A DNA stretch of 64,000 nucleotides from Gordius albopunctatus. Taxonomy: Eukaryota. The translations under genes were made by a program, and so were the position numbers. This document shows, piece after piece, positions 23,917 through 36,400 of this stretch (positions are counted from its first letter, which is position 1; each line of letters starts with the position of its first letter). Below the pieces are notes generated by a model. It saw only the letters and a program-made list of their open reading frames with translations, was not told where the DNA came from and ran no database searches. Where the stretch lies: NCBI GenBank assembly GCA_964276515.1, contig OZ193909.1, positions 7,502,001-7,566,000 on the forward strand, read 5' to 3'.

Positions 23917-25470
23917 TATTTTTATATGCTAGGTCGTGAGAAAAGCCACGATTGACGATCTCCACACTGAAAGATTTATTTAAAGTCAACATTATGCCTT
24001 TAAGCTTAAACTGCGCCTCGGCTATTTTTTTAAAAAAAACTTATTTTTATATGCTAGGTCATGAGAAAAGCCACGATTGACGATCCCACGCTGAAAGGTT
24101 TATTTAAAGCCAACCTTATGCCTTTAAGCTTAAACTGCGCCTCGGCTATTTTTCAAAAAACGTATTTTTATATGCTAGGTCATGAGAAAAGCCACGATTG
24201 ACGATCTCCACACTGAAAGGTTTATTTAAAGTCAACCTTATGCCTTTTAGTTTAAACTGCGCCTCGGCTATTTTTAAAAAAACAATGGACCAAATATTAG
24301 GAGGCATCAAGGGAGTAGCAGTATACATCGACAATATTCTATTGGCAGGTGAAATTGAAGAATTCCCCAACGAAAGGCCACTCAAGGTACTAGAAACTTT
24401 ACGAAATTCGGAGTTCGTACCAAACATAACAAAAGCACCTTGTGGGCTAAGCAAGTTAATCAGCAACAAAGGGATTAAAATCAACAGTAATAAAACCCAA
24501 CTAATAACAGAATGGAAAAAATGGACAAATAAAAATGAAATTAAATTGTTTCTTGGGTTAACATTTTTTCAAAGTTCATTAGAAACTACGCCAAAATCGT
24601 GCACTATTCAAAAACTCATGAAAAAAATCTGATCTACCACTGGGGTGGAACAAGCCGAAGCTATCAAGCCTCGCGTACTAAGATGCCCGTGCTAGCATAC
24701 TTTAATGGAGATTTGGAGACAGGCCTGGTCGTAGATGCATCTGGTACAGGGCTGAGGTCTATCTTATAACAACGAGTGCCAGGGGAAAATTAGAGAATGG
24801 CGGCATATAGTCAAGATCGTAGAGCGATAATGAAAGCTGATATTCAACGATTGAACGGAAGGCGCTGGCGGTGATCTAAGGGCTAAAAAAGTTAAATGAA
24901 TATATATAGGGACGAAGCATTACCATTCTGATGGATCATATACTTTATATATTTGATCTAAGCAAAGGGGGCAAGGAAAAATCGTTGCCACGATTAACTA
25001 GGTGAGCACTCATGGTATCAGCTTACACGACACAGTTTAAGTACAATGGATCAGAAAACGCGGCAGATATCTTATCCAGAAATAAGAACAAACACGCATA
25101 TCATGTTAGCGAGGATATACTAGAAGACTCTACAAATCCATTTATATCATTGGACGTCATACCTTGGACGATTCAGGGTTACGTCAGTGAAAAGAGTGGA
25201 TAAGAGAGAAACAAAACACGATTGTCACTTATGGGCTAAACGCCACTACGAAAAACACTTCCCCAAAAAACATATCATTTTACAAAGGGCGACAAACATT
25301 AAATTCGGCTAAATTAAGAGGAGCCGTTTTCCAAAGACAACATAGGGTCCACGTGGGATCAAGCCAACGCAAAAAGTGGCATGGCAGTATATATGGTGGC
25401 CGCTCTCGAGTCTCGACGATGACTTATTGAGCTTAGCAAAAGGCTGCCGAAGTTGCAATTACACTGCCGC
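23917..25470 (+). pseudogene. Highly decayed Gypsy pol relic with a triplicated ~122-bp segment
   Basis: MPFSLNCASAIF..MDQIL.GIKGVAVYIDN, VDASG, YSTIERKALAV, NAADILSR and YIWWP remnants; repeat units start at 23917, 24042 and 24163. Confidence 0.85.
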
Positions 25471-25489
25471 AGCGGCGATGAAGGCACCG

Positions 25490-26900
25490 TTTTCCTTTCC
25501 ACCTTTTCAACACCTCATTCGGCTTGAATAAAGCTTGACCCTTCTCGTTTTTGACTATTTTAAAGACTCCAACATCGCGATTTCTACTCCCTCATCTTGG
25601 CCAATTTTTACATAAGCCTGTCACCTCCTTTGTGATTAAGTTTGTTTACCATTTCGGTGTAGGCAGCATTCTTCGCTATTGCAACGGCATTCTTCGTGGC
25701 TCTCTTTGCCTCCCTATATTCTTGATAAACCGGTTATAAAGAACTTTTTTATATGAAAACTCTGACCGATTGATCTCATCACCATAGTTCCATATTCAAA
25801 GCTTTGCCTCCTTCAAACATCGCATCAATTATATCCGCATTTAGCGTTTCTCAAGTGTCGTATATATTCCGTTCCAACTTCATGGCGCACAAGAGTGTTA
25901 AGGTTTTTTGATGATCGTTAGTCGACCTATCCTTTATCATTTCGTATCGAATTCGAGATACAGAAATCTTCTTCTTTCCTGAATAACTTTTCTTTCGAGA
26001 TTTATAGAAAGTGGACGATGTTGCCCGTCGTTCTTTTCCCGCTAGTATTTTGCAATCTTTAATCCTCCATAAATGCTTTCGCCATTTGAGCACAAAGTCA
26101 ATTTAAATAATATGCTTCCCACTTCTGTAAGTTACAATATGGTCTTTGCGTTTTTGAAAATAAGTGTTAACGCTCACCATGTCGTATGTTTGGGATACTC
26201 GGAGAAGTTTTCCCTCTTCTTTTTTCTTCAGACTATGCCCATAGCCTCCACAATTGCGTTCATAGCCGAGGCGATCTTTCCCTACAAGAGCATTAAAATC
26301 CGCCCCAATAATTACCCTTTCTTCCTGTCGGATTCCTTGTATTTCTTTTTCCAATGAATCGAAGAATATGTCTTTCTCTGGTCCATACACCCGATTTGGG
26401 GAGCATATGCGCACATACCGGTTATGAGGTCTACTGGATCTGCAGTCTTTACCCACATTAACCTGTCTAACGCTTGAGTTCAACCACCTTGTCCTCGAAC
26501 GATTTGCTTAGAACGATACTTTACCCAGTTTCTACGATTTAGTGACCCACTTGTATCCCTCTATTAACTCTCGAGCTTTAGTTCCGTACTACTTCGTCTG
26601 TAGGCAGGCGACAAGTAACTTTCATCTTTTTAGCATTGCGACTTCAAAGCTCTTTCCTGTCAACGTGCCAAAATTCCATCACGTGATTCGTTTTTTTACA
26701 ACTAATTTATTTAACCGCCTTCGTTGTGAGTCAGGCGATAATACAAGTATATTTTTTACATTGCACACGTCGTTTGTAGAGGACGCTGCTTTCTGCTGTA
26801 ACGTTTTATTTGAAACTATCATGATTTTGTAGTTTTTTAGGCAGCCGATTTCCATATGACGCCAAACTTCCTCTTTCTGCACACGGACTTGACCATAATA
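25490..26900 (-). mobile_element. Internally deleted RTE-clade LINE
   Basis: APE motifs (WNFGTLTGK, VIIGADFNALVG, NTYFQKR..H.VTY.SG) joined to RTE C-terminal sequence; RT core absent; ends approximate. Confidence 0.8.
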
Positions 26901-27433
26901 GGTAATGCTTCCAACTAGAACTCATATAATTATAAAGTTCAAAATCAGATTTCCAAATTACCATACAAATATTATTAATAAAAATTTATTCTATTTATTT
27001 TTACATAAAAGTGTTTTACAAATTTATTAAACTTTAAATTCCTCTATCTATAATCTAAGTTCAATCATAAATTCACATATTAAAAGTAATTTGTCAATTA
27101 AAAACTGAGCCAAAGTAGTCTAGGCCTGGTACAGCCATTAATTAATAAAATATCCTTACGAGTCGTTTTATTGTACCGGGTTTAACACTTTTAAAATATA
27201 AATACCAATTGGGATCGTACTTTGGAAATAATTAACATAGCAGGTTCAACGACAATTTTGGAATTTATATATAACATTAACATATAACAATTTCAATCAA
27301 TTTTTAGACTAGGTACATTAATAAACAAATTCAAAATTTTTAATATATTTACATATCACATTAATAAAGATATTGAGATGTTTTCTCCCTTAAATAAGCA
27401 TCTCGTTGCATCTGTAATCAAAAGAGGCTTTTA

Positions 27434-30400
27434 TTAAACCATAGTTTCATGTTGTTTGCCTTCCTCAAATATTCTTAGTTGATGCAATTTAAAGGCCTTT
27501 TCATTTATAAAAGATTGAGAACGATTCTTTTTGCCCGATGTTTTAATCCTAAAATTGTTCCGACGTCTATTTTGACGTGTTCTTTTGGGAATTCCATTGG
27601 TTCCTTGCTTAATCGGCACATAATGTACGAAAGGACACCACCTGAAGGCACTTTTAAATCCTTGACGAAATCTAAATTAATGTTAAATCACTTTAAGGCT
27701 AATATTTGTTTAAATTAAATGACATATTCATAAATAATATATTAATGATTACTTAATGTTTAGCCAGTAATAAATCAACGGATTATACATGGAATTACTC
27801 ATGCCAATCCAGTAAAGTATTAAAAATATATGTTGAGTCGCTTTGTGATTTGTAACATAAGGATATATTTTTTGAATCAAAAAGTAGGTTTGGTAGGGTA
27901 AATAGCACAATGCAAATATCAATGTAACAAGGATCATCATTTTCACAACCTAATTAAAAAAAATTGTTTATGTTCTTATATTTTATTAAATGTCTAATGT
28001 CTTACCCTTCTCTTGGACTTGATATTTGATAGTTGCTTTTCTGTTTCTTCCCCTATTAACTCGCTCCACCATAGACTGAGGCCAATTTTGATATAAACTA
28101 TGGCTAGAATTATAACAGGCACGAAGTAAGTTGAGATCATTAGAAACAATTCGTACCTTAAAGATGCAAGTATAAAACAAAAAACATTACTTCCTTCATA
28201 AATAATTCATTTTAATTTAAAGTAACGGTCAGGTATTTAAAAATAAATAATCTTTTATAGCTGAAACTTATAAAGATTAATTATTAATTACTCTATTAAT
28301 AAAATATCAGTTGTCTGAAATAGTGGCTTAAACTATATTATTCGATTTTAATGAGTATTAATGTCTATTTATATAATTCATTTATTATAAAAATCATTTT
28401 ATAAATAAATTGTATTTGTTCTTTAGAAGTCAAAACGCAGACTATTCCTTTTTATCAAACGTGTTTAAAACCAGATTTTAAATTTTATATTAGGATTTTA
28501 ATTTATGCACCAACACAAATGAGTGATCAGAATGTATTATTTATATTTTAACTTAAAAAAAATTAAATTTCCTGCATATAATGAGTTACTAAATTAATTT
28601 AAACCATTGATAACTTAAAAGATGTTTCATCAATTAATCAAGCACACCTAAATGTATTATTGTCTCATATAAACGCCTTATATATTTTAACGAGATTTTA
28701 GCCAATTATCTTTACATGACTTATTTTTTATTTAAATAATTTTAAATACTGCTTACAAGTCAGTGATTAAAAGTGACTAAAATTTAATAATATCATAAAC
28801 CGTTTGTTCTTCATGCTTTTTTAATGATTACCCTAAGGATGCGGATCCATTTAGTTCTAGGTAACACACAGTTCTTTTAGAATTGTCTTGATATACCCAC
28901 GTGTAAGTTTTGGAATATAGAATGTATGGTAATGATATAATAAACGAAACCGTCCATATAATGACTATGGTGATTACACCTTTTTTGAGGCTAAGTTTTT
29001 TGTGCAACACGTGAACTAATGCAAAATACCTATAAATAAAATTATTTTGTTTTAGATAGTATAAAATGAATTCGTAGACGTTCATCTTATTATATTAATT
29101 TTTTAATTTATACATCTTTACATATATATATGCCTTATATTCTTATTTATAAATTTTGTTCAAAGCATTATACTATATTCGACTTATAATTATTCAAAGG
29201 GAAATACTAGGATAAGCATCATTTTTTTGTTTACGCTTTATAGAAATTATGGTATTATTCCGATAAATCCATGGTATACAGCATTTTAATTCTTTATATT
29301 ATAGTTTTGCTATCTCCAGATAACTCCCTAACCATAAAAATATTTTTTCCTATAGCTGTTTGTAACATTTAGTGGTCAGCTCCTTCAAGTAGGTTCTCCA
29401 TGTATTCCTGCACTTACACCAGCTTCGCTTTAGCTCGTACCTTCTCAAGTCCATATCAATTTTATACTTCCATGTCAATTAGGCCTCCCTCTCTTTCGCT
29501 TACCTTCGACTTGCACTTTCTTGATATGATTTGCCAAGTGACTTTTCTCGCGTCTCTCCAAATGGTCATACCATCTCAATCTTCTTACCACCAACTTTCT
29601 CTGAATCGGAACTACATTTAGTTTATCCCTTATGTCTTGATTCTTTATATGGTCTTTTTTGCTTATTCTCATGATCCATCTCAACATTCGCATCTCCATT
29701 GTAGCAAAGCTTTGGTCCTATTTTGCCTTAATTGCCCAGATTTCAGCTCTATACAATACCGTGGGTACAATAACGGTGCGTCCTTTCAATTTGGGTGGTA
29801 TGTGCTTGTCACATAGGAAACCACTCAACTCCCTGAATTTTAGCCAGCCTTCGTTTATTCTTGCCTTAATTTCGTTTTCCACACTTCCATCACATTGTAC
29901 CCTAGAACCAAGATATTTTAATTCTTTCCTGCTGCTTAAACACCAGTCATCGATTTGCAGGTATGCTTCTTTGTATTCATTCCCCGAATCCAAGCATACA
30001 TATTCCGTTTTATCTCGGTTGACCCTAAGGCCTTTGCTTTCAATTCGTTCCATCCACACTTTCACCTGCTCTGCTAATTCCACGTTTGAGCCTGCGCAAA
30101 GGACGATATCATCCGCAAAGAGCATTGCCCAAAGTGATTCGCGTTTCAGGTTCTTCGTTATCGAATCAATTATTCCTATGAAGAGCAATGAATTTAAGGG
30201 CGATCCTTGATGCGCACCGACATTTAGACTGAATCCCGTACTTTGGTTTTTGCGTTTCTATACATATCCTTTATTAACATTATATAAGCCTCGGGTACAG
30301 CATTGGAACTCAGGCTATCCCATATCAACTGCCTTGGCACTTTATCGAAAGCTTTCTCAAGATCGATAAAATACATATGAAGATCCTTTTGTTTTTCCTT

Positions 30401-33400
30401 ATATACTTCCATAAGTCTCCAAAGACCATGTATTGCATCTGAAGTCGACTTTCTAGGCATGGACCCAAATTTTTGTTCATCTATTAATATTATTTTTTAA
30501 AGTCTAGCTTCTATAACTTTTTCCCAGACCTTCATTACGTGACTTGTTAACTTTATCCCTCGATAGTTGTTGCATTCTTGTACATCTCCCTTCATTTTAT
30601 AGATAGGTATAACATAACATAGCTTTCCCTCCACTCATCAGGCATCATACCACTTGCAAGTATTTTGTTAAACAGCTTTGCAAGTAGATGTACACCCAAG
30701 GGTCCTAGCATTTTGAAAGCTTCCATAGGTTTATTATCAGGTCCTGCCGCTCTACCAATGTTGATATTTTTAAGCACCTGGTCAACATCTTCTTCTGTCA
30801 CTTCTAACTCTGGGTCATATTTATAGTTGTTGCTATCGCAGTAGTCCAAAAACCCATTTTCATTGTTTAATAATTCTTTATAGTATTCTTCCCAACGATC
30901 TATGATTTGATGGTCCAGAGTTAGAGTGATGCCATCTTTGCTCTTTATGGTTTTCACGTTTACTACATCCTTTGAGTTCCTTGGCCTGGTCTTTGCGATT
31001 TTGTAGATCATTCTATTCAAATTATCGTAGACCTCTGTTTTAGCCTTGGCTACACAACGCTTTGCCTCATTTTTAGCTTTCACATATGCTAATAGTGTTT
31101 CCTCATTTCTGTTACCTGACCATAATTTGTAAAGCTTTCTTTTCAATTTGACCAGGCGTTGCACGTCTTCGTTCAACTACCATGTCTCCTTATCTTTTTG
31201 TAAACCTGGTTTACCTTCTCCTAGAACACACCTCGTTACTAATCTTACCGTGTCAGCTATGTTATTCCACATATAGTTAGCATTCTGCTGATCATCTATT
31301 TGCAGCCGTTCAACTATTTGATCATTGTAAATATCTTTCAATTTTGGTAGCCGGAACCATTTGATTTTCCCATTTAATCTCTTCGATTTTTGTGTTTTTG
31401 CCTTGGAGATGGTATAGTCCATCACAACAAGTCTATACTGGGCTGCAATAATCTCGTACATTCTTTAATTCCTTTCTTGATATTAGGAAAAAGTCCATCT
31501 GCGAAGATCGATTTCCACTTTTGTACGTTATTAGGGGATTTACATTCTTTTTGAAGAAGGTATTTGTGATAGCCAAATCAAATGCAACGGTTATTTTCAA
31601 TATTTCGTCGCCCTCATCGTTTCTCCCTCCATATCCATTCCCACCATGGTACCGTTCAAATCCTTCTCTTGTTTTGCCTACGTGACTATTCATATCTGCT
31701 CCAATTATAACTATCTCGGCTCCGGTTATCATTCGCAACATTTCGTCTAATTCTTCCCATTCCTCATTTTTTCATCTGTGCATCCTGTTTGCGGAGCATA
31801 TCCGGAAACTACATTAATCATTTAACCTTCTATGCATAGTTTCAACATCATGAGTCGCCCACTTTTTCTTTGTACCTCAATGACTTTATCTTCCAGGTGT
31901 GAGGCTAGTATCATTGCCACGCTATTTTTATTCGTTTCAAGGCCATTGAAGTAAAGTTTATAGCCTTCAACTATCATCCTTGCTTTTACGCCTTTCCATC
32001 TTGTTTCCTGTATACACGCTATATCGTCTTGTCGCTTGCTGAGGGTGTCACCAACTTATCGGCATTTTGCAGTCATCGTTCCAACATTTAGCGAGCCTAC
32101 TCTCAATCTCGTCCTTAGCAAACTTGTTTCTTTAACTACGTCCGTTTGCGGAAGATGTAGTGACCCTCGTTGACTTTCACATGATACGGGCGCCTGCCAT
32201 GCGTGTCGTTTACGGAGGACGCCCTAGTGCTTTCATTACTTTCATTATTACAAACTTTAATAGCACTTGGATCAAGGGTGACGCTCGGCTATCCAGCCCT
32301 GACAGCCGTGTTGACGATGTGAGATATTTTTAAACTTTGAAATAAATGCCGGAGGTGGAATCGAACCGGCAACCTCGCGCTTCAAAGTCTAAACTTATAC
32401 CCACTACACCACCACGCCCCACTCCATTACCATAAAAATAAGTTAGCTTAATTACATCAAATTTGAATGCATAGCTGCTGCAAGATATAGATCAATTATG
32501 CAGATAATACATATGCCAACTATATAATTAACTTTTTAGCCATGTAACAATTACTATAAAATATTTTTACGAGGGTAAAAATTCCAAAATTCATTATATC
32601 AAATAGTAAATAACTTTTAAAAAATGATAATAAAATTATAGTTGGCAAATCTTTGAATATATAAAGCATGGGTAGAAACAATAAACTGAATTATGCTGAT
32701 ATGTAAAAAGTATCATAATATTTCTTAAAAAGGACATGAATTGTCTTAATAATCAATCATAAATTCGCAATAGGTCTCAAGATGTCAATATATATATATA
32801 TATATATTGAATTGATTTTGATTTATAGGATAAATTAATGGTAGATATTTGAATAGCTTCCTTGAAATGTGAAAAAAATATAATGTTAACAAAGGTAGTC
32901 ATTTTGGCTTTAAAACTGACTAAAGATGAACAGATAAGTCGCAAAAGGATAACGATAAAAAACCATTATGACGTTATACATAGGTCGGGTGAATATATTT
33001 AAGGAATAAAATATTGTTAAAGATCATTGTATAACGAAAAAAATCTGTGTGTTTAATTAAAGTAGTACAAGTCGTTCATAAAAAACATTAAAAATTTAAT
33101 TAATTTAAGAAGTGAGTGAAGATAAAATAAACCCAATTAATGAGCTTTTCAAAATATTTACATTAAATTTTGTTAAAATAATTCATTTAATTAAATTATT
33201 GTTTTTTAAAGAAAATGAGGAATATTTTAATTTGTAGACTTTACAATTTGATTTATTCCTTAAAACTAATGATATTTTTGAAGCATTCGTTAAATGCATT
33301 AGCTTAATTGTAAAGCGTTCCACACCGATTTTATTGTGGTAAATTTGAGTTAATACAATATATCACAAATAAAACGCAGGTCTACAAAAAAACCATTTAG

Positions 33401-36400
33401 CAATCGGACCTATAATTATGATAGAGAATTTTTTAGTTTTTCCCAAAACCTCCTCCCTTTCTCCTTTATTTCCACTCCCGCCCCCATATCTAGCCAAGCA
33501 CACAAGAATTGGGGGGGGGGGATTAATGGGAGGGTAAGTGAAGGTAGGGAGTTATGCTTTATTAAACAACGCATGCCTAATATGTACCCTAATTTACTCC
33601 GTTTTCCAGACATTGCGGGACGAATTTTGATAAGGGGAAGGGGGTACACGTAAACGCGACTAAATTTAAATTTAGAGATAAAAACTAAAATTATGGACAT
33701 ATACACTTAAAAATATAGGTTTAACAAAAAATATTAAAAAATGGACCTATGGAAGAAAGTTTAGTCTAAAGAAATATATTGATATTCTTAAATATATAAA
33801 AAATGCCGCGGGAATATAACCTCAAAAAAGGTTAACACGGGAATTTTTGCACCCTCAACCTTGTTTATTTAAAAACCTTGAAGTTTTAGAAAAAAAACTA
33901 AAACATTTTATTATTCAGCACAAATTCTTTATCAGAATTATTGGTCTGATTGCGAGATTAAATCACAAAATTAATATTTTTTAAACTTGTGTTTAAATAT
34001 ATATAAACCCATTACTTATTTGACCTAATTAATTTGTTTAAATAGAAAAGCAATAGAATAATTTGAAAAGCAAATAAACTTTTAAATATGCAATCTGTTT
34101 TTCAAAGTTAAATCAATTCATTTTAAACATAAATAAAAATTTAATATGTTTATTTTAGTGCATCTTAAAAAATCATACATCATAGCATAAGTATGGATCT
34201 TTATATCATTATAACTTTTATAACATATTATGTCTAAAAGTAGCTTTTGATAAATTTCTGTCATCATATTATGTCATTACCACACTTCAAGTCATAACTA
34301 AAGTGAACCTGTAGCACTGATCTTGCAATCTCAAGGACTCGTGATTCCCACAAAATCATCTCGAGTCTTATGATAGGAAAAAATTGTTTAGCCTTATTAA
34401 AAACAATCCTTATATTAGTATGTAAAAGTTGATTATACACAACATAAGTGTCATACATGACCCCTGATCTTATCAACCTACCGAAATAGCACTTAAGTGT
34501 ATGACAAATGTTTGAACATTGCAAAAAGGTCTCAAAATACATTTGTTATGTTAAGACAAAATATACTTTGAAATAACAATTTGTAGTATAACACATTACT
34601 GATACGCGAATTGAATGAATATTAATCCAAGAGCAACAGTTGAAACTATATAAACAGTCATCGTAGGTTCAATAATATGCATTTATATAGACTAGACTAA
34701 GTTGCTACAAATTAAATTTATTATAGAATAAAATAAATGATAATTATAATCCATATCTATTTGAAAACATAATTGTTAGTTTAACATACCTAGCAGTTTA
34801 AATCAAGGCTATTATAAAATATAGTAAAGAGCTTTATGTTTTTTAATATAATTTAAAATCGATATTTACCAAATGAATTAATTTAAACGGAAGTTAGTTA
34901 TATAATTACTGAGACAAGTGGATTAATGCTTTATATTAGAACCGTTTTATTTTCTAATTTCGAGTTAAGCACTGGTTTTAAATTTATATCATTAACTTGT
35001 ATATATATTACTGCATCGAAGCTAGTACTTTTAAAATTAAAAGTTAAAAAAAATGTAAATGTTGTTTTACTTTATTACTTGCAATCATGCGATTGGCCAT
35101 CTTTATTTGAAGAATAATAAATTCTTTTCCGTTCATATATCCAAAATTTGGTTTTTGATTTAAACCATATGTAAATTAGTATATTAAAAAAATAATCTAC
35201 ATGAATATATTACTATTTCTCACTAAATATTAAAAATACTGTGACAATATAGCCCCAAAAAGGGTTAAAAGGGGCATTTTTAGCACCTTCAACCTCGTTT
35301 ATCTAACAAATTCGTAATTTTAGTAAAAACTAAAAACAGATTATTTTTCAGCGCAAAATTCTCTATCAGAATTATTGGTCGGATTGCGGGATGTAATCAC
35401 AAAGTCAATATTGTTTAGTAAATTGATTTTTAATGTAAACTTTTAGATAATCAGGATATAGCCAACTTTTTTAAGCAAATATGGTTGGCTGCTGATGGCC
35501 TATAAGTGTGCCGGGCATGAATGGCTTGTAATTGAGAAAAAATAAGGGTCGGGCTTGGACGGGCTTTAAGGTAACCAAACGGGCCCGGGCCGGAATCAAC
35601 TATAAGTAGAACCGGTTCCGCGCACCAAAATTATTAAATAATGGCTTTATTATAAGAAATAATGTGTTTTTTATGATCTTTACAATTTCCATCATAATTT
35701 TTCCATATAACTGTTGTCTTAAAAAAATAAATCCCTAACAATTTTATTTTTAAATAAGGTTGATAATTAACACAACTTGGTAATTTTTGTTCAATAAATT
35801 AACCTTGCATACAGTTCCCAATCATACTTAACATAAATGGTGCAGCTAAAAGTGCTACTAGTTGAGGTTGCATGGCGGGTCCTTTGTTGGAAGAAATAAA
35901 AACCCGTTTGAGATTATGATTTTTAGCGTGATTATTATTGAACATTTTTAACACAATTAACCCCCCCCCCTTTGGGCGATCATATCTACGCTACTGACTG
36001 ATATATATTTTTAACAAATTTAATAATATTATTTATCAACAAATTTTGGACCCACTTTAGGCAATCCTGCCTGTATACGCCATTAAAATCTATCTATTTT
36101 TTGACTCAAATTTAACTAACGCATTGCCAAATTTATTACCCAATATTGGTGGACTTCTTAATTAAAACACAGGTGGGGTATATGTGTTATAAGCGTTGCC
36201 ATATAAGTTGGCTTCAACTATCATATCGTTATCAGAGACCAGAAATGCCCGGCCCACTGCCCGGCCCGCACGACCCGGCCCACGGGCCGGGCCGCGCAAC
36301 TGCCTTAAATTTTAATTTTCGGGCGGGCACGCTGATAAGATTCGGGCAATTCGGGCATGCCCAAAATTTTATCAAATTATTCCTTGAAAAAAGATAAATT

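Noticed and set aside
29659..30210. 183-aa plus-strand ORF and similar ORFs (1167-1409, 46119-46577, 44188-44556)
   Set aside because: Antisense shadows of real coding sequence or TE-internal low-complexity frames with no motifs.
32345..32420. Functional or suppressor tRNA gene
   Set aside because: Acceptor and anticodon stems do not pair, the loop reads TTG rather than CTA, and it lies inside a LINE TSD.
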